From NCBI GenBank assembly GCA_024679065.1, contig JAGIQG010000040.1, positions 3,286,001 to 3,350,000 on the forward strand: a stretch of DNA of 64,000 bases, given 5' to 3'. A model generated the notes under the pieces. That model made no database searches and was not told where the DNA came from. It saw only the letters and a list, made by a program, of their open reading frames with translations. Shown here in pieces: positions 25,171 through 39,106 of the stretch. The stretch's first letter is position 1, and the number at the start of each line of letters is the position of its first letter. The DNA is from Sphyrna mokarran (lineage: Eukaryota). The translations under genes and the position numbers were made by a program.

Positions 25171-26935
25171 TATAGGTCGCTGTGTCTGTCTGGATTCCTG
25201 CCTGTTCTCAAACGAGTTTTCAATTAAAGTATCACAGAAGTGGACAGAGAATAACTCAGAGAGTGCTTGGCAAAGAAAAGGTAAATGTAAGTCTTACCGG
25301 TAAATAACAAAAACATCTCATATTGTTTTGCAATGTACTAAAAGCAGTTGAATTTTACTGCAGTTTTTGTAGTGCTACCTTTGAACTGTCATGTAATGTC
25401 ATAATGCAGATTGAAATCGTTCATTGTAAATAAAATATACAGAGGGGAAAGGGAGTTATCCCTGGTGCCCGGGTCAATGTTTATCCCAACATCAACATCA
25501 TACAAACAGATTCTGTGATCATTGCTGTTTGGCTTAATATTTCATATGTACTTTCTTTGTCGTAATTACGAGTGCACTTATAATAAAACATTGGTTGTAA
25601 AATGTTTTTAAATATCAATCGGTGTTGTGAAGAGCCGTATAAATCCGAAATTTACCTTTAAAGTCTAATTATGTAGAAAGCTTGCTCTCTGGGAGCGATG
25701 ACCGTCTGGATTCCCATGAAGCCAGTTACCAATCTAGGATGCAAAATGTGTGATAGACACACAGCTCACTTCCCTGGATGAGAGTATTTCCAACAGCAAT
25801 TATTGGGCAAGACCCATTCGAGAGTAAGGTAGCCTTGATGTTTGGTACCCCATCCATAAATTTAACATTCTCTTTCTCCACAGCGCGCACAGAGTGTATT
25901 ATCTACACTGCAACAACTTGCTATGGGTCTTTCGACAATAGTTTACAAACCTGGGAACTCGGCCACGTGGAACCTGAAAGGCACAGGAAGAAGCAAAATG
26001 AGCAAGTTCCCCTAAAATGCACAGGAAATCCTTATCTGTCAAGAAATTGAGGTCCGCCGTCAGTGCGGTCTTATTAAAATAAGTGCAAAGAGGGGATGAA
26101 AAAAGAAAACAATTAAATTCAAGATATTCAATAAATATAAAAAGAGCAATAGGACAACAAAGGAAATAGCAGGCCGGGTAAGAAGAAAAGGAAGTGGACT
26201 TGCTTCTTGACTCAATGGTGAAGCTTCGATTTACAATAAGAAGAGAGGGGAGGCAATTGATAAGTGAAATACAACAGAAAATTGGCAATTCGGCTCGCCA
26301 AACATTCTTAGGTTGGTCGGTGGAGAAATTCAATCAATCTTATTCTCTTCTTCCCCCAGAGCCCTGTAAGATACTATTGTAACTGCTGTCAGTGCCCTTT
26401 CATACAGCGCGTTCTAATTCACAACTCGCTGTCAAGCCATCTTTGATTTTTCCAGTCGCCTCAAATAATTGTTCTCAGTTTAAAAAGTCTCCCGCTATTA
26501 GAAAAATGTTCCTTACTTACACCATGGATGGATTTGAACATTTTTATTAAACTTCCTTTCAGCTGAGAAAACTGATGGTAGTTCTCTGTGAATTAAAGTT
26601 CATAAATAGTTAGAAATAAAAATGACTACTCCTTCATTCTTGGTAGGATTCTGTCATCAGATGAGACCCCAATTCTCAGTTTTTAGACTGCTATCCAAAT
26701 ACTCCAGCACATTTTCACACCTAATCGAAAATTCATTGCATGGACTGAACTGCTTCTGCCTGAGAAGTCTTGGTTCTGGTTTGAAAACTTTGTTTCACAG
26801 AGTGAACACGGGTGTTTTTCACAGAGAAGGATTTGTGTAAACTTTCCAGCATGTTGTTAATAAAATATTGACTTTCAGAAAACAATTGAAATATCATTAT
26901 AAAAACTGATCTACCAGAATTCACTATGTCTTTCG

Positions 26936-26949
26936 GCGCCCTCTGGTGG
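26936..26949 (-). promoter_or_regulatory. CTCF motif
   Basis: CCACCAGAGGGCGC on the - strand matches the CCASYAGRKGGCRS consensus. Confidence 0.7.
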
Positions 26950-26999
26950 CAAATGTTGTAACCAAACATAAGGATAAACGTCAGTGTGTCGCCAACAAT

Positions 27000-27253
27000 C
27001 ATAGAACATAGAACATAGAACATTACAGCGCAGTACAGGCCCTTCGGCCCTCGATGTTGCGCCGGCCAGTGGACCCTCTAACCTAAACCATTCCAATATC
27101 ATCCATATGCCTATCCACCGAACATTTGAATGCCCCCAAAGTAGGCGAGTCCACAACTGCTGCAGGCAGGGCATTCCATGCTCTCACCACCCTCTGTGTA
27201 AAGAGCCTGCCTCTGACATCCGTCCCATAACTACCACCTCTTAATTTAAAGTT
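27000..27253 (-). mobile_element. CR1 3' end
   Basis: (TTCTATG)3 tail and LFTQRVVRAWNALP. Confidence 0.85.
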
Positions 27254-27329
27254 AAAGGAAATCAATGCTGATTTCAGCAATGATAGATTGCAATCTTGCC
27301 TCACCCCATCTACAACTTTGCAACGTGAA

Positions 27330-28556
27330 TTTATGTGTGTGTGTTGGTGCGGTATGTTTCTGTGTGTTTGCGTATGTTTATATCTGCCTGTGTTTATGTA
27401 CGTATGTTGTGTGTGTGTGCGTGCGCATTTGTGTATGTACATTTGTGTGTGTGCTTGTACTTGCGTGTTTGTGCACGTGCGTTTGTCTTGTGTGTCTGTG
27501 TACGTGCGTGTGTGCGTTTGTACATTCGTTTATGTGTATGTATGTGTGTCCATGTTTGTGTTGATGCTATTGTGTCTGTTTTATGTTTCAGATGATATAC
27601 AGCGGTTCTTATTCCATTTCCACATTTTTACATGTACAACTGTTGGTTTTTTATTTAATATTTCTGCCTGTCATCCTATCCTACCTGTTGCCATCCTACA
27701 ATTTTGTTCTGTACTCTTTGCAGCGCTGATTGGCCTTGGTACTTCCTTAAAACTTCGCTATGTTTTTTCACTTCAGGTGAAAGGTCACGTTAACATCTTT
27801 TTTTCTCATTCGACAGATACTAGCAGTCATTCTGATTATTTGTAGCATAATTTTGTCTCTGCTTTATACAAGCTAGAATTCAAACGTTATAATCTCTCAA
27901 ATTTAATATTTGTTCAGGGAAATCACAGACAGTCGACAAATCATCAATTCCACTTCCGCTTTGAGCTATGGGGTATATCTATATAGTTTCTAGTTTTGCA
28001 ATAAAATCCGCACACCGAGCGTTAGATTTGCTTCTGTTATTATTTTAGTGCCCAACAGGTTATTTAGACTAAAATTGACGCCAACCTTGCACGATATTAA
28101 TCTCTCACTGTGTTGGGAGGTTGTGTGTGATAGTGTTTGTGTTTGAGTGTGTGTGCATTTGTGTAAACCTCAATGTTTCACGTTGTCTCCATGTCGGTGT
28201 ATGCATGTGTGGGTGTCTACGCATGTGCCTGTTTCTGTCTGAAAGTGTATGTCTTCGTGTGTGTGCGTATGTTTGCCTGAGATTCTATGTCTGTGGATGT
28301 GTTTGCAAGTTTGCCTGAGTCTATCTGAGAGTGTATGTCTTCGACTGTGTGTGTGCGCATATTTGCCCGTGTTTGCCTGAGATTTTGTGTATGTGGATGT
28401 GTTTGCGTGTGTGTGCGCGAGTTTGCTGGGTCCGTCTGAAGTGTATACCTGTGAATGTGTGTGTGTGTGTATTTGTGTGTATTTGTGTGTGTATGTGTGT
28501 GCAAGTTTACCTGGGTCTGTCTGAAAAGTGTATGGCTGTGAATGTATGTGTGTGCC
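27330..28556. repeat. Two degenerate (TG)n-rich tracts (27330-27590, 28120-28556)
   Basis: Low-complexity TG sequence that produces spurious C/V- and H/T-rich ORFs. Confidence 0.9.
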
Positions 28557-28707
28557 CGAGCTCACTTCTGTGAATAGGCTTGTCGGAATTACAATAAATA
28601 TAAAAATACAGCAGCACAATCCTCCAACTTTTCTATATTTCAACACGATCCATCAGTAATCTGAGGATTCAGTGATCTCACAGACAGAAACCATTTACCT
28701 CACATTG

Positions 28708-28721
28708 CCACAAGGGGGAGC
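28708..28721 (+). promoter_or_regulatory. CTCF motif
   Basis: CCACAAGGGGGAGC. Confidence 0.55.
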
Positions 28722-29023
28722 GCCCTTACTGTATTTGTACGCTCATTGCAGCAAATGAGTGGAATGAAGGAGGATTGGGTTATTGTCAATCTTTTCTTGT
28801 TATATAAATGTTTTTTTGTTAAAAGCTAATTGGCCATCCAGTGATTCTGTTCATTTACCTTACTAAATTTCTTACATGGCATCTCAGTGGAACAGAAACG
28901 AGAATGGTGTTTATCTTTTACGGGACTGCCTGAGATGAATTTAATCTCACATATCAAGGAGAAAAAGCCAGAAATGACAAGATATATTTTCATTTGCAAC
29001 TTAAATCAAACTCTTTGGAATTT

Positions 29024-31121
29024 CTACTTTACGATTTTTACAAAGAGATTGCCAATGTATTTTGCTGCATTTTTCAACTCCTCTCTGAATTTTCTCTGCG
29101 TCACTGCATAAATACACGTGTTAGTGCAACAGCTCAGCAGCTGAAGCATGTTTCCACTTTCCTGGCGAATGAATTTGGGGTCGTTGAAATTTGTTCCTGT
29201 GAAATAAGATTCATTTGTAATTTTCACAAAGAGGAAATCCACAATGTATGTCATCCACAAAAGAATAAAGCTGCCCGAGATGGTGAAAAGGAGAACAATA
29301 GACTTCTTCCTGTTTTTCACTTCTGGATCATCTTGATTCTCTGCAGTGCTGTTAGTCCGGAGTCTCTGGCGTGATCTATTGGCCGCCAGGATGTGTCTCA
29401 CGGTCAGTGCATTAAACAACAAAATCAGAAGGAATGGCAGAAAAGGGTTTAATACACGTGCAAACCAGTCATAGACTGCCCATGAGAAGGAAGTGTAGTA
29501 GATTGATTTTATCTTACAAAACCAAGGCAGATTGTTCACTATATAGACTGGTTCATATATAAAGTACGACGGAATCCTTTTCAAACAGTTCAACACACAA
29601 ACCGTTCCTATCACCACATCTGCTGTTTTTACAGTGCAATATTTTGTACGCATTTTTTGGCAGCAAATGGCTACATAGCGATCAAAGGTGAAAAATGAGG
29701 TTAGCCAAACAGAGCACTCCATGATTGCATAGATTATCACCGAACTTAGAGTGCAGGCTGGAGTCAATGACATAAAACTCACTGGAAAATAAATGCCGAT
29801 AATCCGATTGAATATCACAGCAACGACAACGACAAGGAGATCCGTCACTGCCATGGCAATCAGATACCGAGTAATGCATTTGGAGAGACCACATCTTCCT
29901 CGGGACAGAATCACGATCGCCACCACGTTAACTGAGAGGAAAAGGAAAATTAAAGTTGTAAAGTTATTCAACAAACTCCTAACAAACACTTGGGTGTGAT
30001 AGACCTATCTGGACATTTTTGCCAGTTCACCTTCGTTAGAAGAGATGGCTATTCTTGTTTTTATTTTTCAATGTCAATTGTGTTTCAGAAAGAGCTACAA
30101 GGGCAAATATTTCGCACCTTTGAGTCAAACGGTTTCCAAAATCTCTTAACAGGCAAGTGTTGCAGCAGAATCTGATATCTAGCAACATGAGCAGATATTA
30201 ATTAAGTGCTGAATAACGGGACGATGAAATACTCCTAAGGAAAGCATGTAAGGAGTAAAATGAGGAAGAAAGGCAATGTGACTCAGAACAATAATTATAA
30301 AGTTAAGGACTGAATGGCTAAAGATCCTCACGTTGTATACGATCATTGGCATTCAATCTTTGTATCATGTATTCCACAAACGACATAGTCTGTAAATAAT
30401 GTTGACATGTCAGTTATAGTTGCATTGATAAACTCTATAACGTGATCAGGATTCAATTTGGCTTGTTAGAATTCCACGGGAATGTTTTCAGTAGGTAGGA
30501 TGTGTTAAGTTAATACAACTTAAGGAGCATCAGGTGGTTTGCTTTAGAAATCCTGCTGGCTTGGAAACAGCAGTTTCCATTCTGCTGAGCAGTGATATTA
30601 ATTGTTCCATGATGGGAAGAGAAAAATTATATACTGACTGGAATTTGGAAGAGTGAGAGGCGGCCTCGTTGAAGGAGAATTCTCAGCAGGCTTGACAGGA
30701 CATATACTAGGATGTTGTGTCCACTCGTAGTGGAATCATGCTCAAAGTTTGTATTCCTGTAAACATATTCTCACAGCAACTATAGGTTTCAAAGACACGA
30801 ACAGCCTCGCTTCTGTAAACGCATGCTGGCAAGAACAGCCACAGAGTATTGAATGTGACAGAGATTCAATGAGTAAGTCTTGAGTCTAAACAAAATACAT
30901 AATTAAATGATGAAATCATAGGCTACCACTGAGCACATAAGGTTTTAGAAGATACCTGGAAACAATTATGTTATGTTCTTTGTTGCCAATTTCAGCACTA
31001 ACTCCATAAAACAGCGGCATGTCGAATTAGTGATTCAGTAGAATGACTTACCCGGAACTCCAATGATAGCGACAATTGGATAGTAAATGCCGTAAATTAA
31101 TCCACTGATTCGCCCATGCAT
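29024..31121 (-). CDS. Class A orphan GPCR, GPR139/GPR142-like; exon 1 31121-31052, exon 2 29931-29024; 325 aa
   Basis: Exon 1 MHGRISGLIYGIYYPIVAIIGVP with GTAAGT donor splices in phase 1 to CTCTCAG|(V)NVVAIVILSR. Seven hydrophobic segments with MAVTDLL, TFDRYVAIC, PFLPF and CTNTCIY. No stops. Confidence 0.88.
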
Positions 31122-34100
31122 TCTGTACGAGAAACGGTGACGGATTCTCTATGACAAGGTCAAATAAACCCACATTTATATTATTGGGTATCTATAGGGA
31201 GGCAATTAACTTCCACAATTATTTACAGTTAGTTAAACAAACATTAAGTAGTAACTTTCCATGCTCATTCAGGGAGGGGTTTATAATGTTGCGAGACCGC
31301 AGAGAGGCGTCGATCCGTGCAGCCTAACATAATTTAAAATCAATTAGTTAATACTTGCACAAATATAAGACATGCTTATCATGTGGAATATTCATGATTA
31401 GGAATTACCTAAGAAATATTATAGCCATGATGCTGTAGCGAGCATAACTCAACGACATCAGAACAGAAGACAATTGGAATGGCAATGATAGTAATATACT
31501 ATTGTAAAAATCACCTGTAACATATAGTTCCTCACAACAGGTAAGTTATTTCCACACAGTATAAATGATGCTGGCAGAGGTCATCAGTCATCCACACCAG
31601 AGAACCTGCATTCTCACAACACATTTATATAGCACGCTTAGCATCATAAAATTGTCCAAAGTGCATTACGTGGGAGCGTCAATAAAGTTCAGGCTGAAGA
31701 ACAAACGGAAATTATCAAATATTTTTTATACTAGTCCTAGGCCCCGTGATTATTATAGTCGTTTCTTTCACTGAGCCACATTATTATTGTACTGGTCAGG
31801 TCCTCCTTGGATATTACATGAGGGACCATTTCTGATAGTTCACATGTGAATAAAGGCATAAGGTTCCACAGATTCTGAATAAAAACAAACTTTACTATGC
31901 ATGACTAGAAAGATAAAACAATTTACAACACGTGGAAGGTGAAACATTCAAGGGCTTTAGGGAGGAATGGTAGATGAGATGTTAGTTTACAAAGGCATGC
32001 GTCAAAAGTTTGTTTGAGAAGTTGCTGATGACAGTGGATTTGAAGGAGAGAGGGAGCTATTCACACCAAACCCAATCTCTCTTGTTCTCTCTCTCTCACA
32101 TACAACCCCCCCCCCCGCCGCACACACACACGGTAAATACATGGGGTATTTACATGGGGTCACGGAGATAGGGCCTGGATAGGATTGTTGTTGGTGCAGG
32201 TTAGATGGGCTGAATAAATTCTCTCTGCATTGTCGGGATTCTATCATCACAGAAGCTGCTGATCTCTGACTGGAGTGTATGGTGATTTATAATGACAATG
32301 ATTCTTTAATTTTTATTGACTATAACTCTCGTTTGGAAGGTAATTAAACAATGTCAACTACCCTATAGTTACATTGTCACATCATCTGTTATCTTCACTA
32401 ATTTGCACGAAGAAATACTGAGTGATTTCTTATACATGAAAGAACATGTTCTCTCTTTTTGTCCTTGAGATGAAGATTCACCATCGACAGTAGAAGAATC
32501 AGCAGAAGAGCGGAAATATTTTCTGGTGACGGACGGTCCATATTCCCTGATAGTCTGGGGATTGAATTCACTCAAAAACTATGTAAGGAATGAAGATAAT
32601 GAACACAGATGAAATAAAGGACCTGGTTCAAGTAACGAAATACTCGAGAACAAAGAGGAGAATGTAGAACGACATTTTTTCGGTCCATCTGTGGATATAT
32701 CCATCAATTCCTTCATTAACTCCGGAAAAATAAAATTTCCTGATATCCAAATGTCACTGATTGTTGCATCAGCCCGTCACCTCTCTATAGTTTTTGGGCA
32801 GATCGGGGCATATTATTAATGGAACATGTCCAGTAATCGAGATGCCCAGGTTAGTATTGTAGTAGCATGGGAACAAATGCCATCAGAGTGAATTTGAAGA
32901 CAACTTGAATGGAATTTGGAGTACCCATTAACAGTTGCCATGGGAACCTCTCTGATTCATCAATGAAGGGAATCCTGTATCGTACCCTAAATTCAACTAC
33001 ATTTGGCTCCAGATGGAGGGCAATATGACTAACTCTTCAAAAAGTATCCTCTACCTTATAGTCTGCTTGTATTTCCCGTTGACCATCAATCCACCCATCA
33101 AATGTCATGATCTTTGGCGCGATCCTGCATAGGACTGTTGTTGCTAAAAGAGGACCACAGAAGTTGAATAACTTCCCTTTTCTTGGAGATCAGAGCACTT
33201 TCGTCCACAATCTCAAAAACATAATATTATCTCCAGCGTTGTTGCTGGGTAGATTTCTTGGTAAGTAGACGTCATTGACGACGTTAAGAATTCGAAGCTG
33301 GCTTGCAGCCAAGCGGCCAATACTGAGCAAACAGATATTTTATTTACTGCACAAACACCCCATGTACTTCCAGTTGTTGACCTCGGACTTTTGAGCCACC
33401 TTGACTGCAGTTCTGCTGGGTTGTTTTTAACCGCCATGCAGGGCAGGTTAACGTAAATCCGAATGATCAAAATGGGATCCATCTATTCAAATTATAAATG
33501 TTTCAGTTGCACGGAACACTTAAATGATATTTCATCTGAAGAAGTTTATTCAGTGACAATCGTGTCCACTTTGGGATTAAACAGGGTGATAAAACAGCAA
33601 GTTGACCATTTAACATTTTCTTATTTATTCATGGGACACGTGCACCACTGGTAGGTCACCATTAATTACCCTTCTCCAGTCACACTTGGAGGGCAGTTGA
33701 GAATCAACCATATTGCTGTGGCTCTGGAGTCACTTGTAGGCCAGACCAGATAAGGATAGCAGATTTTTTCCCTCAAGGACATTCGAATGAGGAGATGATT
33801 TAATTCATAGAATTTCCAAAACAAGAGCATGCTAGTTCATAAAGCCCGTTTAGTGGTAATTTAGTGAAGCACAGATGCTTCCACTGAGTGGAAAAACATG
33901 CTTCAGTGGAATGTAACTCATTTGTGCTTGTGATATCGTGTAATGTGCCACAAAGTTTTGATATCCTGTGTTCCCAATACCAGTCAATGTTAGCAAACCG
34001 ATCAAATAAGCTGCAATGATTTGAATGCTGAAGGAGAATTTTGCTGATCGCGTATCCGTTCCAATTCATTAACTCCTGTGTCAGATGCTGATGTAAATGT

Positions 34101-36380
34101 AAATATTTCGCTGTCAACTCACTAGCTTAACATCGGTGCCGTTAGCAAGTGTGCTAATGGCACAGGGCCATATTTGGCACTTGAGTAATAGCATAGAAAA
34201 AAGAGGTGGTTCTTGCTCTTTGCAGACCTAAAACGATAGCCATTCAGATTTTAAATAGAAACACCCCCCTCCCCGCATTTAGTTACATAAACGGATCAAA
34301 ATTCGTCTGATCGATATACTTCATTGTTGGAATCAGATAGAGACCCAGGGACGTTGTGAATTAGACACGACAGACGCCCCATTCCATCCTTTAGTGTTTT
34401 ACTCGTTACTGTGTTCATTTCATTACCTATGGATGTAGGAAAGCAGGGATTCCTTGCAATGGAACTTCATTTTCTTTATTAACAGATGCACAAATGCAGT
34501 TTCAGTAATGGAACCAGGGGACTACAATGAATCTGTTCAGTCAAATCAATATCATATTTGAAGTATGACACAAGCTGAAAAACATGCTAAAATTTCGATA
34601 TGCATTTGCTTAATATGAACTTATTTATTTAATATGATCCAATTACCCTCAATTCAGTTGCAATTCTTCCGTAAAGATGTCCAATTTAACCATTAATTTA
34701 TTACACAATGATGAGTTGTTTTGCTGCATTTCACATTGAGCTTTTTTTTTGCAATGTTGAATTTGATTCTGTTTGTCTGTTTGGAGAATTGAGCTGTTCC
34801 TCTCTGAAAGGGATTAAAGCCCCCTGAGTGATATGCTTTATGTTTTTGCTACTGAGGATATTATTTCTGGGTGACTTTGAAATGTTAAAAATTGTGAAAC
34901 ACTTTAGCGTTTCGACATTATTTAAACTCAGTGGCACTGAGCAGCTACACTTTTGCATTCCATCCCTCCTATTGATGTGAAACTTTTGAGAACGTGCTTG
35001 AATGCAGAGCACAGACAGATTTCAGAAATTAAACTATATATTTTTAATTCTTTTTAATTTTTGTGGCAACTGCTGATTCAGCTAATTCATGGCTTATGAT
35101 GTTCATTCTGAACAATTTAGTAATGCTGTCGCAGAATTAGTAACTTGTTTAAACATTGTAGAGCAAATTTATGACAACCCATAATATTAAGTGGCTGCAA
35201 TATACTTTAACTAAATATGCTTTCATAGTAATTTAATTCTTCCACAATTCTACTGCGCTCTGCGTACGATCAACACCACTATTTTATTTGGATTGTGCTT
35301 CAAATTATTTCCATAAGAATATATTGAGTCTACAGCAGTGTTAAGTTTTACAAGTGGATTGGAAATAATTGTATCCCTGATGAAAACAGATGACTTGAAC
35401 TTTTCATTTACCAAAGCAGCAGTTTAGCATTCATGTTTAGCAACAAATCTATTCAGTTAATATATTTTTGGTATTTTTAATTCTTCACTCTCCTTGTTAT
35501 TTGGATAGCAACATCATTGCCACTCCTCCAATCTGAATCAGTTTTCTGAGTAGTGAACATCGTTGGCAATCAAGGAATTAATCAAACGATTTTATTTAAA
35601 TTATAGGATGGCTCAGATTTCATATGATCAAAGACTGACAAACAAGTGCCTGGCTTCAAACAATAAATATAATTTAAAAAGGCTAACTTAATTTATGAGT
35701 TTAAGAAGAAAATGTTGTCTCACATCGCTGTCCTGTACAGAGAATAGATTTACAACAGAAAAAGAGTTAATAACTAGACCTTATTCATAATTCCAATTAA
35801 ATATTAATTGGAATAATAGAAACTGAGCTCGATTTGATCATTACTTTTTAGCGTTGCGAGATTACCTCAATTCACTTTTTTTCTCATAAAGTTTATTATT
35901 TTTGTATATTCCGTCCATAAACAAATGTAGTTAAAACACATTTTCGTACATTGTACGAATCACCAGAGAAAATATAAAAAAAATCTAAGTTATTGAAGTT
36001 AGGTAGTATTTTTACCTATCATATTGGAGTTTCAATATAGTAATGCAGGGAGTCCTACTTCAAGGACCAGCTAATGTTACTGCCCATCATATTAGTGCGG
36101 TGTGATTTCAGACAGATTTGAAAAGACCCAAAACGTTTCATATGTAAATTCAACATGGAAAATAATCACTGAGAATATATGTCAGCGCATTTAGAAACAT
36201 AGAGAATTTACTTATTTATGGATATATCGGACAGTGGAAGGCGTGATTAATTTCAAATTGGTAAAATTAGATTAGAGTTAATTAAATATAATATGAATGT
36301 GAAACTGTTTCCATCTGATAATTTGAAATTGGTTCTATAACAACGAAGTGACTTGTTGGTTTAATTAAACCCAATTGTTT

Positions 36381-37339
36381 CATAGAACATAGAACACTAC
36401 AGCACAAACAGGCCCTTCGGCCCACAAGTTGTGCCAAACACATCAAAACCTACCCAGCCATAGACCTATCTATAACCCCCAATCCCACTGGATCCCATAT
36501 ACTCATCCAGAAGTCTTTTAAAAGACCCCAGCGAGTTCGCCTCGACCACCACCGACGGCAGCCGATTCCATTCACTCACCACCCTCTGAGTGAAAAACTT
36601 TCCCCTAGCATCCCCTCTGTACTTGCTTCCCTGCACCTTAAATCTGTGCCCTCTCGTCGCGACCATTTCAGCCCTGGGAAATAGTCTCTGAGAGTCCACC
36701 CTATCTATTCCTCTCAACATCTTGTAAACCTCTATCAGGTCGCCTCTCAACCTTCGTCTCTCCAGGGAGAACAGTCCCAGCTCCCTCAACCTGTCTTCAT
36801 AAGGCATGCCTCCCAATCCAGGCAACATCCTTGTAAATCTCCTCTGCACCCTTTCAATAGCTTCCACGTCCTTCCTATAGTGAGGCGACCAGAACTGCGC
36901 ACAGTACTCCAAGTGTGGTCTGACAAGGGTCCTATAAAGCTGCAGCATTACCTCCTGACTCCTGAACTCAATCCCTCGATGAATGAAGGCCAGTACACCG
37001 TAAGCTTTCTTAACCACATCCTCCACCTGGGAGGCCGATTTGAGAGTCTTATGGACCCGGACCCAAGATCCCTCTGCTCTTCCACACAGCTAAGACTCCT
37101 ACCTTTGATAGTGTACTCATTCATCCCGTTGGATCTGCCAAAATGGACCACAACACATTTATCCGCGTTGAAGTCCATCTGCCACTTCTCCGCCCAGTCT
37201 TGCATCCTGTCGATGTCATGCTGCAACTTCTGACATCCCTCCAGACCATCCACAACACCACCGACCTTCGTGTCATCGGCGAGCTTACTCACCCATCCCT
37301 CCACTTCCTCATCCAGGTCATTTAGGAAAATGACAAACA
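36381..37339 (-). mobile_element. Young CR1, 5'-truncated, flanked by TGTTTCAT
   Basis: RT end (LADD...[10 protein letters not shown]) with one frameshift. TGTTTCAT at 36376-36383 and 37340-37347. Confidence 0.93.
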
Positions 37340-37477
37340 TGTTTCATGAAGTATAAAACAGAAAACGTTTTCAAATCATTAAACAGTCTTTTATTTTCAT
37401 ACTCTTAAAATCAGGTACCAAGAAAATTAACCTCCAGCTTCTGAAGGAGGGCATTTGTCTTCACTTGAAGTTTTTTT

Positions 37478-37735
37478 TAAACTTTATTTATTAGTCACAA
37501 ATATTGTTCACATTAACACTGCAGTGAAGTTACTGTGATAATTCCCCTCGTAGCCACACTGTGTCGCCTGTTGGGGTCAGTGGTCTCAATTAACACGCAT
37601 TTCAGATTGTGGGATAGGATCGAAGCATCAGGAGGAAACCCACGCAGACACGGGGAGAACGTGCAAACTCCACACAGGCGGTGACCCGGGTCCCTGACAC
37701 CGTGAGGCAACATTGCTACCCACTGTGCCACGGTA
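37478..37735 (-). mobile_element. SINE
   Basis: tRNA-like head and core with the alternative tail type. Confidence 0.75.
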
Positions 37736-37739
37736 CTGT

Positions 37740-38970
37740 TTGGAGAAACTGACCAAGGTTAGTCTTCATGGCTTTATCGGAAGGAGGTCATGCCGACAGT
37801 ATTTGATTATTCAAGGAGGTAAACAGGGTAGTGAGGCCGATGGAATTTACATGGATTTCAGCAAAACCTTTGACAAGACCCCAAATGGGAGACTTGCAAT
37901 GAACGTAAATTCACGTGGGATACGGGGTGGTTCAATCAAGCACATTGAAATTTGACTCATCTTATGGAGACAAAAGGCGATAATAGAAGGCTGCTGTAGT
38001 GACTGGAAGCCAATGTTCAGTGGCGTACCACAGAGATCTATCTTGGGCTGCATGTTGTTCGTGACTTACATAAATGATATTGATGACTATGTGGAGGAAA
38101 CGATTAGTAAATTTGTGGATAAGACAAAGACAGCACAGGTGGTCAGCAGTGAGGCAGGGTGCCTTGGGCTACAGGAACATATAGATAGAATGGTGGAGTG
38201 GTGATATAAGTGACAGATGAAATGTAACCATGAAAAGTGTGAGGTGATAAACTTTGGAAGGAGTAATTTGACAAAAAAAGCATTCAGTGAATGGTAGCAC
38301 ACAAGGACGTTTGCCTACAAATCTCTGAAGGCAGAAGGGCATGTTAGTCGGGCGGTGAAAAACGCATATGGGACATTTACCTTTATCAATCAAGGCATAG
38401 AATACAGAAACAGGGAAGTCGAGTTGGAGTTGTACGAGGCCATAGTTGGAGTGTTGTGTATCGTTTGGTTCCCAGATTATCAGAAGGATGTGACTGCATT
38501 GGAGGAGGTGCAGAGGAAATTCACCAGGATGCTGCCCAGAATGGAACATTTAGGTTATGAAGAGAGGTTGCATCGCTATGAATTGTTTTCATTGGAGAAG
38601 AGAAGACTGAGGGGCGACCTGCTCGAGTGTACAGGATTGTGGGACATGGATAGAGTGGATAGGGGGCAACTGCCCACTTTAGTTGAGGGGTCAGTCACGA
38701 GGGACAGAAGTTCAAGGTGAGAAGCTTAAGGTTTAGGGGAACGTGGGGAAAAATATTTTTATCCAGTGGGTGTTTATGGTCTGGAATTTGCTTCCTGGGA
38801 GGGTAGTAGAAGTGGGTTGTCTCACATCCATTAAAAAACATCTGGATGTGCACTTGGCACATCTCAACATTAGGGTTACGGGCCAAGTTCTGGCAAGTGG
38901 GGAGGTTAGATGACCCTAATGTGTCATTGTGGACACGGTGTGTTGAAGGGCCTCTTACGTTCTCTATGAT
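37740..38970 (+). mobile_element. Old CR1 fragment
   Basis: YMDFSKTFDK, GVPQRSILG and LEKRRLRGDL, with many disruptions. Confidence 0.85.
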
Positions 38971-39020
38971 TTGCTAATATTAGTGTGAATCAATTCAACA
39001 CGACAGATCTTTCCCAGTAG

Positions 39021-39106
39021 AGTATAATGTCAGTATAATGCCAGTATAATGCCAGTATAATGTCTAATGTATAATGTATAATAGCTATAATGCCAGTATA
39101 ATGTCA
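39021..39106. repeat. 11-bp minisatellite (CAGTATAATGC)n
   Basis: About 7 imperfect units. Confidence 0.8.

Noticed and set aside
27083-28646. Cys/Val- and His/Thr-rich ORFs
   Set aside because: Translations of (TG)n/(CA)n low-complexity DNA.
29932-29989. ORF-track N-terminus of the GPCR (MFVRSLLNNFTTLIFLFLS)
   Set aside because: Intron polypyrimidine tract read in frame. The true exon 1 is 31121-31052.
31700-31930. Possible solo LTR ending TTACAACA (a similar candidate lies at 16130-16410)
   Set aside because: No defined 5' TG edge or TSD.
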